A program made the translations under genes and the position numbers. Below are positions 38,755 through 49,333 of a DNA stretch of 64,000 nt, in pieces (position 1 is the stretch's first letter; every line of letters begins with the position of its first letter). Origin of the DNA: a virus; IMG/VR virus record IMGVR_UViG_3300017971_000203; one strand, written 5' to 3'. The notes beneath the pieces were generated by a model, which was not told the DNA's origin, made no database searches, and saw only the letters and a list, made by a program, of their open reading frames with translations.

Positions 38755-39609
38755 TGCCCGCGCCGCCTCGCCAAGGCCTCCTTGAACATCCGAGACCGGA
38801 TGCCCGGGGGCGTCTTCTTGTCCATCTGGATGTAGGTCTCACAGACGCAGCAGTCGGCCCGCAGACGGGGCTCCCAGGTCTCCCCGCCGTAGTGCACGGC
38901 TGTGTTGGCGACGTACAGGTCGCTCTTCTCCACCTCCAGCACAGCGCCGCAGGACTTGCACTTCACCCGCGCCTTCCACTGCCCGTCTGTCGAGCCCTTG
39001 ATGACCTTCATTTGTCTCCTCTCTTCGGCGGCCCGCTCTCGGCGTGGTAGGGGTCCTGGTGGATCGTCCGATCCAACCGACGCTGGAACGCATCGAGCTC
39101 CGTTTCGATGCGCTGTTCGATCTCTGCATCGACCTTCTCTATTACCCGGTCTGTGTGTTTGACCAACTCGATGAAGGCCTTGTTGCTCGGACCTCCACGC
39201 AAAGCCTCCTTCTGAGCCTTCTTCTCCTTCACGTAGGCAGACAAGGCGATCATGGGGTGCGGCTTCTGGGGTGCTTTGGTCACGCCCTCGAAGCAGCACT
39301 GGCAGAGGTCGTCCACCAGGTACTGCTGCAGCCCTCCGCACTGTTTGCAGACCTTCCGCCAAGGGGGTCCGGTCGTGAAACAGAGGTGGCACATGCCTTC
39401 ATGGAGATGCTCGGAGGGGGTCCCGCACAGCTTGCACGGCCTGCCCTGGCCCAGCTCTTTCAGAACCCTCTCGTTGTCCTTCCGGGACATCCAGTCGTTG
39501 CGCACGCCCCACTGGAAGAACTCCCACAGACTCCACTGGGCGAGGAACGCCCAGTGCACCACCGCAGGGAAGCCTTCTATGAACTGCCAGAGCATCACAG
39601 GGATCTCGG

Positions 39610-40377
39610 TCACAGCGACCTCCCCAGGAGCAGCTCCTGCTTGATGGTCTTGGCGTGGTTGCCGATGGGGTTGAGCACGACGCAGCGGCGCAGTTTGCGA
39701 GCCGTGACGCAGCGGTAGCATCGGCTGCAGGGTGTTCTCTTGGTGTAGTGCAGACAAGGTGCGAACTCGGTCTCCGGGTAGCGCTCCTGGAGCTCTCTCA
39801 TGTGGGTGATGGGCCAGATCACCGTGCCCCCGGGTCCGGGGTGGCCGCTCCTCAGCAGTTCGATGTGGTGCTCGCTCAGACGCCGCTGAAGGGCTTCGCT
39901 GTCCGGGATGCGTGTGTAGCCGTAGGCAACCGGCCCGACCCTTCCCAGGGCTCCTGCGACCATATCGGCGGCCTTACAGAGCCGGTCGAAGAGGTGCTCG
40001 TCCACTTTGCCTTCGAAGCACCCGTCTCCCGACACGAACATGCGTGAGGGACGGTCGTGTACTGTGAGCGACACCACACTGGTCGCAACGAAGGCGTTGA
40101 CGGCGTCTCTTACGCCCAGCGTCGCTCTCCGGGCGTGCAAGACCACGTAGCCCGAGAAGGCGTAGCAGCGGCGTCCTCCGTCCCTCAACAGGGGGCAGCT
40201 CTTCGGACAAGAGCCCCACACCCCAAGGGGACGATAGAAGCCTGGGAGCCTGGTCTTCGAGTCGCCCTCCCCCATGGGCAGGCACCACATATCACGCTTT
40301 CGAAAGGCGTCCCGGATCTTGTCCAGGGGGCGCTTCTCCTGGGCGTAGTGGACCGCTATTTCGAGGGCTTCTTCCAC
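39610..40377 (-). CDS. Cys-motif phage protein (Gp88-like)
   Basis: SCPKSCPL...CYA; SGDG; YGYT; C...CSRCYRC. Confidence 0.55.
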   Translation of the reverse strand: MEEALEIAVHYAQEKRPLDKIRDAFRKRDMWCLPMGEGDSKTRLPGFYRPLGVWGSCPKSCPLLRDGGRRCYAFSGYVVLHARRATLGVRDAVNAFVATSVVSLTVHDRPSRMFVSGDGCFEGKVDEHLFDRLCKAADMVAGALGRVGPVAYGYTRIPDSEALQRRLSEHHIELLRSGHPGPGGTVIWPITHMRELQERYPETEFAPCLHYTKRTPCSRCYRCVTARKLRRCVVLNPIGNHAKTIKQELLLGRSL

Positions 40378-40579
40378 GTCTTCCCTTCGATGCAGTCGTG
40401 CGGCTTCACAGGACCTCTCACACAGCCCTCCTGCAGTCCGAAGCGATGATAGCTACAGACGAAGCAGCGGCCCGGAAAACGCTGTGCAAAGTCCTCCACA
40501 GTGCGACGTGCCCAGCGTCGGGAGTGACGCTTCCACCAGAGCGTCGTCGCCATCGCCGCGACCGCGACGAGTACCAGGA

Positions 40580-41032
40580 TCAGGTATGTAGTCCCCATGC
40601 TCCTCTTCCATGTGGTTGGTGCTTGACATGTTGCCAGACGATGCTCCGGCAGTCTTTGCAGAAGCGGCGGCTGCTCAGGAACGGCACCGCCATCTCTTCC
40701 CCGACCTCCACGAGGCGCTTCGCTGCGTACCTGCAGATACTCCCGTTCGTAGTGCGCCCGAGATGTAGCACCGTGCGTCCTATGGGGGCCTTGATGACCA
40801 CGTAGAGCCCTGCAGCCTTGATGGCACTGTAGAGCTCCATGTAGCGGATATGGGCGTTCTGGACAGGTCTACCGAAAGCCTCCACCAGGCGGACGTCTCG
40901 CATGCGATCCCAGATGAGCCGCCACCCGAAGTAGTCGCCCCGCTTGTGACGACGCCAGAGCTCCTTCTGAGCCTCGGCGTCCCCCTGAGCGGCCAACCGC
41001 TCGAGTCGTTCTTGAACGTCATTGACGTGCAT
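40580..41032 (-). CDS. Hypothetical protein with shared N-terminal motif
   Basis: RLERLAAQGDAEAQKELWRRHKRG. Confidence 0.7.
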   Translation of the reverse strand: MHVNDVQERLERLAAQGDAEAQKELWRRHKRGDYFGWRLIWDRMRDVRLVEAFGRPVQNAHIRYMELYSAIKAAGLYVVIKAPIGRTVLHLGRTTNGSICRYAAKRLVEVGEEMAVPFLSSRRFCKDCRSIVWQHVKHQPHGRGAWGLHT

Positions 41033-41672
41033 TGCTACCCCAACAGAGGTAGGACGCTTCTCCGATCAGGTGTCCTGAGTCGTCTGGTCTTAGGGGGGAT
41101 GGCACGAAGCCCATCTTCATCCACATGGCTTGTCGGCCTTTCCAGAGCTCTTTCCGTTCTTTCGGGTCCATGCTTTTCATTTCCCCGTTCTCGAAGACCA
41201 TGGGCATGTTCTTCAGCACCACGAGGGCATCTCCCCCGAAGATCTGGATGAGTCTGACCAGAGCGACCCTTCCGACGCCTTTCCCGCGATAGCGTGGCTC
41301 CACCCCTACGAACATCACAGCGAGAACATTGCTCGGGAAGTCGTCGCAGAGGTCCATCACATTGTCGTGAATGTGCCCCGTACCGTCATAGACAGAGTGG
41401 TAGAGATCTTCTGTGTCCTCGCTGACGCAGTCGAACGAATCGAAGGGGTGTACACCATTGTTGAGCAGATCTCTTCCACGAAATAGCACCGCCTTCACTC
41501 GGCCAATCCTTTCAGGCCGTTCCCCGTCCGACTCGACCTCCCGGGTGATCGTACCGTGGATGTGAACCACGTACTCGCTATCTCGTTCCTCTACGAGAAG
41601 CTTGGGCCCAACTTCGAATGTCACCTCGTAAAGGAAGCCCTCTCCTTCGTTCTTCTCATCCATCAGTTCCAC
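41019..41672 (-). CDS. GNAT-family acetyltransferase-like protein
   Basis: VGVEPRYRGKGVG; WMKMGF. Confidence 0.7.
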   Translation of the reverse strand: MELMDEKNEGEGFLYEVTFEVGPKLLVEERDSEYVVHIHGTITREVESDGERPERIGRVKAVLFRGRDLLNNGVHPFDSFDCVSEDTEDLYHSVYDGTGHIHDNVMDLCDDFPSNVLAVMFVGVEPRYRGKGVGRVALVRLIQIFGGDALVVLKNMPMVFENGEMKSMDPKERKELWKGRQAMWMKMGFVPSPLRPDDSGHLIGEASYLCWGSNARQ

Positions 41673-41720
41673 TGTCCGTCTCCTGTGTCCTCATGTCAGG
41701 GGTGTGTGCCATTGCCCGCT

Positions 41721-42530
41721 TCACGAAGGCTTAGCCATCAGCTCTTCGAGGAGCCCGCCCACTTCGTCGGCCAGGCCGAATGCTGATTCTCTGTCTTCGG
41801 TGTTGACGAATCCCTGGGGTAGTACCCGTCGCAGAAACAGCTCGGTCTTCTTCAGCAGCACCCGCACCTTCTTTCCTTGCTCAGGGGTCACATGGCCCCG
41901 TAGGAGGCCCTCACAGGCCGAGCAGTTCTCCACGCCACCATCGGACGGGTGCAACCATATGAGGGCTCCACAGCGCGCACAGCGTGGATGAACGAGGGCT
42001 TCGGGGTCGTAGGTCCGCGACACAGCCAGCACGTGGTCCTTCGTCCAGGCCAGGACCCTGGTGTCCGCGAGTAGCTCTTCTCCCAGGTCTGGAGCCGCCC
42101 CGGCGTCGTCTCCGACGGGACCCTCTGGTGCCTGCTGCCACCACCACTCGAAGAGGTCGTCGTTGGACGTGTCCCTCTCGTCCAGGTCCTTCCAGGGGTC
42201 GTAGTGGCGGGCCACCTTCCACAGGGCTCCGGTACCCAGGGCGCCGCACCAACAGCAGGCGTCCCACTCGTCGTCCCAGCACTTGCAGTGCCCGTGTCCG
42301 TCCTTGCTCTTCGGGCAGTGGTAGGGCGACTGGGGCGCCTTGTCTGTCGGATGCTCCGAACCTCTCTCACACATCTTGGTCTCCTTGGGGTGCCACCTCG
42401 CCATGACAGCCTTGCGGGCGATGGCGCTCCTCTGCTCCGGTGTGAGCTTCTCCATCCTGGCCCTGCCGCCCTTCAGACCGCCCCTCCGTCCCAGCTCTCG
42501 GGCTGCTTTCTTCAGGTCGTCCTCGTTCAC
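41721..42530 (-). CDS. Protein with N-terminal KGG-type motif and Cys-rich domains
   Basis: LGRRGGLKGGRARMEKLTPEQRSAIARKAVMARW. Confidence 0.7.
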   Translation of the reverse strand: MNEDDLKKAARELGRRGGLKGGRARMEKLTPEQRSAIARKAVMARWHPKETKMCERGSEHPTDKAPQSPYHCPKSKDGHGHCKCWDDEWDACCWCGALGTGALWKVARHYDPWKDLDERDTSNDDLFEWWWQQAPEGPVGDDAGAAPDLGEELLADTRVLAWTKDHVLAVSRTYDPEALVHPRCARCGALIWLHPSDGGVENCSACEGLLRGHVTPEQGKKVRVLLKKTELFLRRVLPQGFVNTEDRESAFGLADEVGGLLEELMAKPS

Positions 42531-42586
42531 AATTCCAGTCCTCCTGGAAGACGAGCCGGCGCAACCGGCGCAGGAAGTGATCGAGC

Positions 42587-42865
42587 TCACTCCCCTGGAT
42601 GCACCTCATCAGGTCTGGGTTCATGGTCAGCCTCAGCGTCGGCGATGCTTTGCAGATACTCTTCGAAGCTGTCGATCCTCTCCATCAGGCGCTCGTCTTC
42701 GGAATAGAAGATCAAGCTGGCAGAGACCGCTCCGACAGGCATGGAAGCGCTGCGGTCGTAGCGCAGAACGCTCACCAGCAGCTGTCCGAGTCTCAGATCC
42801 GGATGCTTCTCCCAGAACTCTTGTATGCGCCCCAGGACCTTCGGTATGCGTTCGGGGTCTCTCAT
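42587..42865 (-). CDS. Small conserved phage protein (YihD/DUF1040-like)
   Basis: MRDPERIPKVL...WEKHPDLRLGQLL. Confidence 0.7.
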   Translation of the reverse strand: MRDPERIPKVLGRIQEFWEKHPDLRLGQLLVSVLRYDRSASMPVGAVSASLIFYSEDERLMERIDSFEEYLQSIADAEADHEPRPDEVHPGE

Positions 42866-43213
42866 TGTGGGGACTCCTCGTAGGTAGGCCTCTTCCAGTA
42901 GTCCGTGTCCCCGAGGACTTCGAGCTCCGGCTCATAGAGGTGCTTGTTTCTCCAGTTGCCCTTGAGGAGCCTCCCGAGCTGCTCCACGAACTTCACCTGG
43001 GCGACCTGAGAACGCAGGTCCTTCTTGATTACCCTGCAGAGGTCCTGGACCTGCTCGAGGAGGTCGTCGTCTTCGGTCGCATAGGCGTGCAGGATCAGGA
43101 CCGCCAAGCAGTGGTAGCCCCCTCCCCGGGCCATCGCCAACTGCTTTTCGAGCCCTGCCTTCTTCGGTCTTTCCTGTTCCTTTCTCGTCTTGGCCACAGC
43201 CCCCTCCTTTGGC

Positions 43214-43990
43214 TCAGGCTTCGGCGGACTCTCCGTTCGTCTTCGGCTTCATCCCCTCGACCAGGGCAGCTGCCACCGGGCGGGCCGGTTCCATGCGGGC
43301 CTTCCGGGCCTCTTCGTAGCGGGCTTCGACCTTGGCGATCTCTTCGTTCTCGGAGGCGTGCAGGGCGTCTCTGAGGTGCTTCCAGCCCGCTTCCATCATG
43401 TCGAAGAGGGCTTCGCCAACGGTCTGCTTCCAGGCCTCCAGGGCGACCCCGGCGCTCTTGTAGAGGCGCCCATCCACCTCCCATGCCTTCACGGGTACGG
43501 GTGGGGCAACGAGCTTTCGGTCGGGCGGGATCACTCTCTTCGAGGTCTTCTCCTTGGGCTCCACCTTGGGGGCTACAACATCAGGGTTCGGCATTCCCTT
43601 GTCCTCCACTTCTTCGGGCGTCAGCCCGTACTCGGCCAACGAGGCTTCGTTGACCTTCGTCGGAGACGGTTCGGCCAGCCCTTCCACGGCCTTCTTCTGC
43701 GCCTTCGCCCGCTTCTTCGCCTTGATCTGCTCGGCGCCTTCCACCACGTCCTGGCGCTGCCTCTTGCAACGTGCCCATTCCCTGGCGTTGTCTCCCCGCC
43801 GCTGGAACTGCTCCGCCTTCTCTCTGAGCTCTGCACGGTGGTAGAGCAAGAACTCCTCGCCTTTGTGCAAGATCCGCTTGGTCTTGAGCTTGCCCTTGTT
43901 GGCCCACCTCGACAGCACAGGCTGTGAGATGCAGAACTCCATCGAAGCTTCGTTCTGGCGCACGTACTTCTGTCGGTCGTAGAGCGGCAT
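43214..43990 (-). CDS. Protein with N-terminal HTH
   Basis: EASMEFCISQPVLSRWANKGKL. Confidence 0.6.
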   Translation of the reverse strand: MPLYDRQKYVRQNEASMEFCISQPVLSRWANKGKLKTKRILHKGEEFLLYHRAELREKAEQFQRRGDNAREWARCKRQRQDVVEGAEQIKAKKRAKAQKKAVEGLAEPSPTKVNEASLAEYGLTPEEVEDKGMPNPDVVAPKVEPKEKTSKRVIPPDRKLVAPPVPVKAWEVDGRLYKSAGVALEAWKQTVGEALFDMMEAGWKHLRDALHASENEEIAKVEARYEEARKARMEPARPVAAALVEGMKPKTNGESAEA

Positions 43991-44951
43991 ATCCCGTCTC
44001 CTTTGTCTCCTTGTGAACAGGTCGCGAAACACGGTCAGGTATCCCCCGGGTTCACCTGAGTCCTCCCGCACTGGGGGCAGTACCAGGGACCGAGGTCGTG
44101 CTGTGCTAGGCGGGTCTCTTCGGACTCCGGGCAGAACGCGCAGTGCGGGAGGGCTTCCCGGGCGGCTTTGCTCCGCTCCTGTCTGACCTCGTCCATCTCT
44201 CCGGTGGCAATCCAGCGCCTGAAGTAGGCGGCCTTCTCTTCCATGCCCTCGAGCGCCCTCTGCGCATGCTCGTCGCAGCAGTCAGCGTCGGCGCTCATGC
44301 CGTGGGACACCGGGCTGTCACCCTCCGGGGTGAGCTTGAAAGACACCCGGAACGTCACAGGCTTCCCACACACCCAGCAGGTCTTTCGTCTTCCCATGGT
44401 CTCCTCACAGGTCCGCGATGGCGGACTTCAACGGCGGGTCCAGGTTGGCCGCTTCGGGCGCATGCATCCCTTGGGGCCGCTCCCTGCGGTTGGTCATGTA
44501 ACGCTCCGCCCAGATCAGAGCCCGGATGTTCCGGATCTGCTTGGCGATGCCCACGGGGACCCTCTGGCGCTCCATCGTGTCGAGGGCTTTCTCAATCCGC
44601 TCTTCGAGGTACCAGACGCGCGTCGGCAGCCCCGAGCTCCGGATCCGGATCATCAGAAGGTTGTGTCGTGCGTTCAACGAACCCGCCACCCACCGGGCGT
44701 GGCCCCCTGGCTGCGGCCCCTTCCGAATCCCGTCCCGCAACCTCTCGAGAGAAGACACCAGCAGAAAGCACAGACTCAAGTCCCCTTGCGACGCTGCATC
44801 GACGGCATTCAACCAGCCCCGCCATATCGCCCGGTCCGCCGACACCGGCGGAACGTTGTTGAACAGCCGGTGCACCTGTGCTTCTGTGACCTTCTTCAAG
44901 ACCCCCTCCATTGGTCCAGGGCGGATCGTCCGATCCACCACAACGAGGGGA

Positions 44952-44980
44952 ACGCTATCAGGTCGCACGGGTATTGTCAA
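44952..44980 (-). promoter_or_regulatory. sigma70-type promoter followed by palindromic site
   Basis: TTGACA-17-TAGCGT; palindrome at 44923-44936. Confidence 0.75.
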
Positions 44981-45906
44981 TAGGTTTCTTCGGCGGCGAC
45001 GTCAGCGATGATCTCGGGCCAGTTCTTTTGAATGGTGTAGAGGAGGATGCTCCGAACCATGGAGCTCCCGAAGTCCAGGCCCGATTCGATCCGGGTCATC
45101 TGGAGGACGTCCTGGGGGCCTCCTTCGAACAGGGGGCCCGCCGCGAAGTTGAACTTGATGTCGCCCTCTTCGGGGTGTTCCCCGAGCCGCCAGTCGTGCC
45201 CGCTTCCATAGAGCTGCAGAGCACCGTTGAAGAACAGATTCACGTGCTCGGGCGGGTGAAGTTCAAGGTCGAACAGGTTCGCGGTCAGGGGTGCTACCGG
45301 CGGCGGCTCTGGTTCCTCGGGCCGGACCCGCACACCCCCCACATAGCGCTCAATCTGCCCGGTGAAGGCGTTCTCGATCTCGACCACACCCTCTTCGGGG
45401 ACCGCGGGTATCAGTGTCCGCGCGCCTGGATTGCGTGCCGCCTCCTGCATCGCGTCTCTACACTCCACCATCACGGCGTCGATGGGGGGCGGCCAGTTGC
45501 GTCTCTGCCCCGGAGTTGGTTGAACAGAGGCTCGAGCCCTGGCGTTGTCGTTGCCCTGGAGCGCTGCGACCCGGGCGAGGTCGATCCTGATAGTCCGATT
45601 TGTCGTGTTCTGCACCACGTCGCCAGATAAGGCGTGGTACGTCGAGCGCGGTTCCATCAAAACCAGGCGAGCCCGAGTGGGCTCGGGAAGCTCCGGTGGG
45701 GGCTCTTCCGGGCACTCTCTGGGCCCGTGGATGTTCTCCCCCGGCGACATTCGCCTCTGGACGAACGCCACGCTACGAACGATCCGGTGCTCCGGGACCT
45801 GCATCACCCCTCTACGCACGAGGGCCCGGGAAGCCTCTACCACGGCAACCCTGTCGTCCCGGACCGCCTTCCGAAGCAGCTTGAGCAATGTCGGATCAGC
45901 TTTCAT
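44977..45906 (-). CDS. Hypothetical protein
   Basis: 309 aa. Confidence 0.6.
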   Translation of the reverse strand: MKADPTLLKLLRKAVRDDRVAVVEASRALVRRGVMQVPEHRIVRSVAFVQRRMSPGENIHGPRECPEEPPPELPEPTRARLVLMEPRSTYHALSGDVVQNTTNRTIRIDLARVAALQGNDNARARASVQPTPGQRRNWPPPIDAVMVECRDAMQEAARNPGARTLIPAVPEEGVVEIENAFTGQIERYVGGVRVRPEEPEPPPVAPLTANLFDLELHPPEHVNLFFNGALQLYGSGHDWRLGEHPEEGDIKFNFAAGPLFEGGPQDVLQMTRIESGLDFGSSMVRSILLYTIQKNWPEIIADVAAEETY

Positions 45907-46217
45907 GGTTCCGCCGGTGGGGCTGGTTCTGGTTCGGTGCACTCATCGAGATGAGCCCGATCACACGAGGACCGTGTCGCGTAGCAACGCACATCGATGG
46001 GGATGTCACCCTCCTTCATGTCTCGGCACATCTGGGCGCACGGGGTGCCGTCCGGCAGGTCCTGGCCCTCTTCACAGCCCAGCTTGTCCAGGTGGGCGCA
46101 CATGGCCGGACAGAGGTCGATGTCCTTGCGGGGGTCGACTTCCACGGTAGGCTGGTCGCAACAACCAGCGACGGACAGGACGGCTGCGAAAGCCGCCAAC
46201 GCGATGATTCTATTCAC
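45903..46217 (-). CDS. Cys-rich lipoprotein
   Basis: Signal peptide plus VAGC lipobox. Confidence 0.7.
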   Translation of the reverse strand: MNRIIALAAFAAVLSVAGCCDQPTVEVDPRKDIDLCPAMCAHLDKLGCEEGQDLPDGTPCAQMCRDMKEGDIPIDVRCYATRSSCDRAHLDECTEPEPAPPAEP

Positions 46218-46585
46218 GATTCCTCCTCCTGTTCCCTAATCTTGGCCGCCATGAAAGCGACACGTGCTTCTGATCCGATGAGCTTGTACAGGCTGCCCGG
46301 ACTGTAACGCAGGTCGAAACGCACCTCGGCTACTTTCCTCAGCCCCCTGAATTCCGCCCGCAGCCAGTCCTCGGCATAGCCATGACACTGTGGGCACAGC
46401 GCAATGCCGTTCTCCGGCACGTAGCCGCCCCCTGGCATCTCCGTGCGTGGTGTGATGTGGTGAGCGTCAAGCTTCCAGTCCAGCGAGTTGTTGTCCAACC
46501 AGCCGCACAAGCGGCACTGGTAGCCGTCTCTCTCCAAGACGGCCTCCCGGAAGCGGCGTCTGATCTCCTTCTTCCTCTGGCTCAT
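46214..46585 (-). CDS. HNH endonuclease
   Basis: ERDGYQCRLCG...AHHI...NGIALCPQCH. Confidence 0.88.
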   Translation of the reverse strand: MSQRKKEIRRRFREAVLERDGYQCRLCGWLDNNSLDWKLDAHHITPRTEMPGGGYVPENGIALCPQCHGYAEDWLRAEFRGLRKVAEVRFDLRYSPGSLYKLIGSEARVAFMAAKIREQEEES

Positions 46586-47018
46586 TCGCCGCCCTCCGAT
46601 GGCACGAAGAACCAGTAGGAGTCTTCCAAGAGGCCCCCTCCCTCGGGGTGCGGATCGTGAACCAAGACGCCGCCCTTCCCGACCCCGGCGTGCCGCAGCC
46701 CTCTGGGCCCCAGCCCTCCGATCAGGTGGTAGACCCCGGGCGGCACCCACGTACCCTTCGAAGGGGCTCGGACCAGGCACAACCCGTGATGCTCCTGGAG
46801 CCACTCGAGGAGAGTGGCCCAGAAGACATTCATGTCCGTCCGCATCGGCGCCATCACAGGCACGTCTTCCAGGGGGATCCCCAGGTAGGACGCGATGGAA
46901 GCCTCGAAGCAGTTCCCCTCCGGATCTCCGAACTTCGTCTGCATCACAGGCTTCACACGGGCTCCTTTCTTCCTCTGGCTCATGACGGCTCTTCCAACCG
47001 CGCCACGGCCTCGCGCAT

Positions 47019-47843
47019 TCAAGGGGAAGGGGCCCACGGCTCGAAGCCGCCGGTGATGGTCCAGAGGTCCTTGGCCTCTTCGTCCATGATGTGCTCGGGG
47101 GAAGCGTAGAAGAAGCCTCGGTGCCCCCAGTTCTTCCCCCAGCTGTTCGCGATCACGAAGCAGCCGCCCTTGTGGTCGTGCAGCCAGCCCACGATGGTCA
47201 TGGCGTGGCGGCCGACGATCCGACCCTCACAAGCCCCCACGACCGAGTGCCTGTCCACGTTGAAGAAGTTCTTGTTCAGCGCGGTCCCGTAGATCACGGG
47301 GTTGCCGGCGTGGAGGTGCAGCAGGACATCACTCACCCGGTCGTGCCCGGAGCTGATGATCCGGTGGTGGCTCGAGATCTTGTGAAGGGCCGCCTCGCGC
47401 AGGGCTCGCATCGGAGGCGTGTGCTTGAACTTGTCTGGGTCGTAAGGCCAGGTCTCTTCGAGGCATACCCCAATCTTGCGTAGGGCGTCACAGGCCACGC
47501 TGATGTGGGTACCGCTGTCGAGCTGCGTCTTCGGCGGGTCCATTCGGGCCCGGGCGATGAAGTACAGATGCAGCGTCGACAAGTCCCTGTGCGCATCCCG
47601 TCCGTGTTCCTGGATCCGCTTGAGCTCGTTCGAGAACGCGAGTGCCTGAGCTACACACGACCCGAGGCGCCGCTGGTCCTGGATGGGACTGCAGTACTGC
47701 CGCAGGTCGGCAGAGCCGAGGTCACTCCACCACGAGGCCCGGTCTCCACCCACCTCGAGCAGCAGGCTCGCCTTGAGCGCGTCGTTGGTCCAGTGCTCGG
47801 CCTTGATGGGCTCGGGCATGTATCCGTCAAGCTTCGGTGTCAT
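47019..47843 (-). CDS. Papain-like C1A cysteine peptidase
   Basis: QDQRRLGSCVAQA, GRHAMTIVGW, IANSWGKNWGHRGFFY. Confidence 0.92.
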   Translation of the reverse strand: MTPKLDGYMPEPIKAEHWTNDALKASLLLEVGGDRASWWSDLGSADLRQYCSPIQDQRRLGSCVAQALAFSNELKRIQEHGRDAHRDLSTLHLYFIARARMDPPKTQLDSGTHISVACDALRKIGVCLEETWPYDPDKFKHTPPMRALREAALHKISSHHRIISSGHDRVSDVLLHLHAGNPVIYGTALNKNFFNVDRHSVVGACEGRIVGRHAMTIVGWLHDHKGGCFVIANSWGKNWGHRGFFYASPEHIMDEEAKDLWTITGGFEPWAPSP

Positions 47844-48090
47844 TGTCGTCTCCCTATGATGTAGTCGTCGTTGGTTGTCGCCTGACAGGACTCGGGCCGA
47901 ACAATCCCCAGCGGCCAGTAGCTCGGAACAACATACCACTGGTAGCCAGAACGGTCGCAGTGGGTTCGAAAGCGCCGCCCACAGTCACAGAAAAGGCGCT
48001 GCCCCACATGGAGCACCGCACCCTCCGCCACGAGCGGCCTCCCGCAGTAGCACTTCAGGACCTCCGGTTCGACCTTGAACTCGATCACGA

Positions 48091-49071
48091 TCAGTCCTCG
48101 TCCTCCACGCCGTTGCGCTCTTTCCACAGCTCGTAGCAGGCGCTGCACAGAGTCACCGGGTGAGCGGACCAAATGTCGACGTCCCCGGTGACTCGATGGG
48201 CGTCCCCGGTGACTCGATGGGCGTCCTTCTCGAAGGTCTTCGCGCCGCAGCCGTCGCAGTAGTTCACCGCGGCTTCGACTTCGGGATCGTCGCTATAGGG
48301 ACCCGAGAGCTCGGGCGCCCATTCCATAGTCTCGTAGTCCTTGTAGCGCTCTTCGATCTGCTGTCGAGCTTCGTCGAGCGGGATGTTGCAGCAGCCGTCG
48401 TTCTCCAGGACATTTCGTCTCATGTCCAGCTTCCCCGGAGGGACGTCGCCGGGCTTTCGGTCGTCCCGGATCTCGATGAACTCGGAGCTTCGATCTTCCA
48501 TATTATCCCGGACGAACTGCTCGAGCAGGGCGCTCGGATCGAGCAGCTTCAGGAGGGTCTCGAGCTGCGCCTTGATGTCGTTCCGGGTATCGTACTCGGC
48601 CTGACGTCGGAGGGTCTCGAAGACGGTGATCCTCTCATCGGAGTCGAAGCGCTGCGCGTTGATGTCCAGGCTCTTGTGGAGGTCCCCGTTCGGACTCCGC
48701 CGGATCGCAGCCCGCCAGTCGCAGTACATCTCCACGACATCGACCAGGGACATGCCCTGGAGCCCGAAGAACCAGCGCTTCACGGGCTTGAAGTAGTAGT
48801 GCTCCGGGTGGTGGCTGTTCCTCCGGTAATGAAGCTCGATGCAAGGGCTTTTCAAAGCCTCCTTGTACATCGGGCTTCCGTAGGGGACTGCCTCGAGCAC
48901 ACGCAGGATACGGGCGAAGCCGTCTGCTTCATCCGGCATGAACTTGCTCAGGTCGTGCAGGACCGCCCGCACAAGGAGCTCTTTCACGAAGCCTCCCAGG
49001 TAGTAAGCCACCCAGGCCTTGTGCTTGGCCGTCTCGTAGAAATGCTTCACCAGGCTCCGGCTCTTCCTCAT
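48091..49071 (-). CDS. HD-like protein (DUF5662-type)
   Basis: HDLSKF, HYRRNSHHPEHY, MSLVDVVEMYCDW. Confidence 0.8.
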   Translation of the reverse strand: MRKSRSLVKHFYETAKHKAWVAYYLGGFVKELLVRAVLHDLSKFMPDEADGFARILRVLEAVPYGSPMYKEALKSPCIELHYRRNSHHPEHYYFKPVKRWFFGLQGMSLVDVVEMYCDWRAAIRRSPNGDLHKSLDINAQRFDSDERITVFETLRRQAEYDTRNDIKAQLETLLKLLDPSALLEQFVRDNMEDRSSEFIEIRDDRKPGDVPPGKLDMRRNVLENDGCCNIPLDEARQQIEERYKDYETMEWAPELSGPYSDDPEVEAAVNYCDGCGAKTFEKDAHRVTGDAHRVTGDVDIWSAHPVTLCSACYELWKERNGVEDED

Positions 49072-49333
49072 TCGTCTTCTCCGTCTCGGTGCACAGTCAC
49101 AGTGACCTTCGGGCGTCCGCCCATCTTCGCCCACACCATCTCGAGCGCGGCCTCTGTGAGCTTCAGGGCGGCTACATCCAGCGGTGTCCGTGCCCGTCCT
49201 TTCATCTGGTTCACCATGTGCTGCAAACGGCTTCGGACCTTCTTGAACGACCCTGGAGGCGCCTTCGCCAGCGCATCCACGAACTCACAGAACTGACGGG
49301 CCAGGGCTCCAGCCTTCTTCTCCCGGAAGGCGT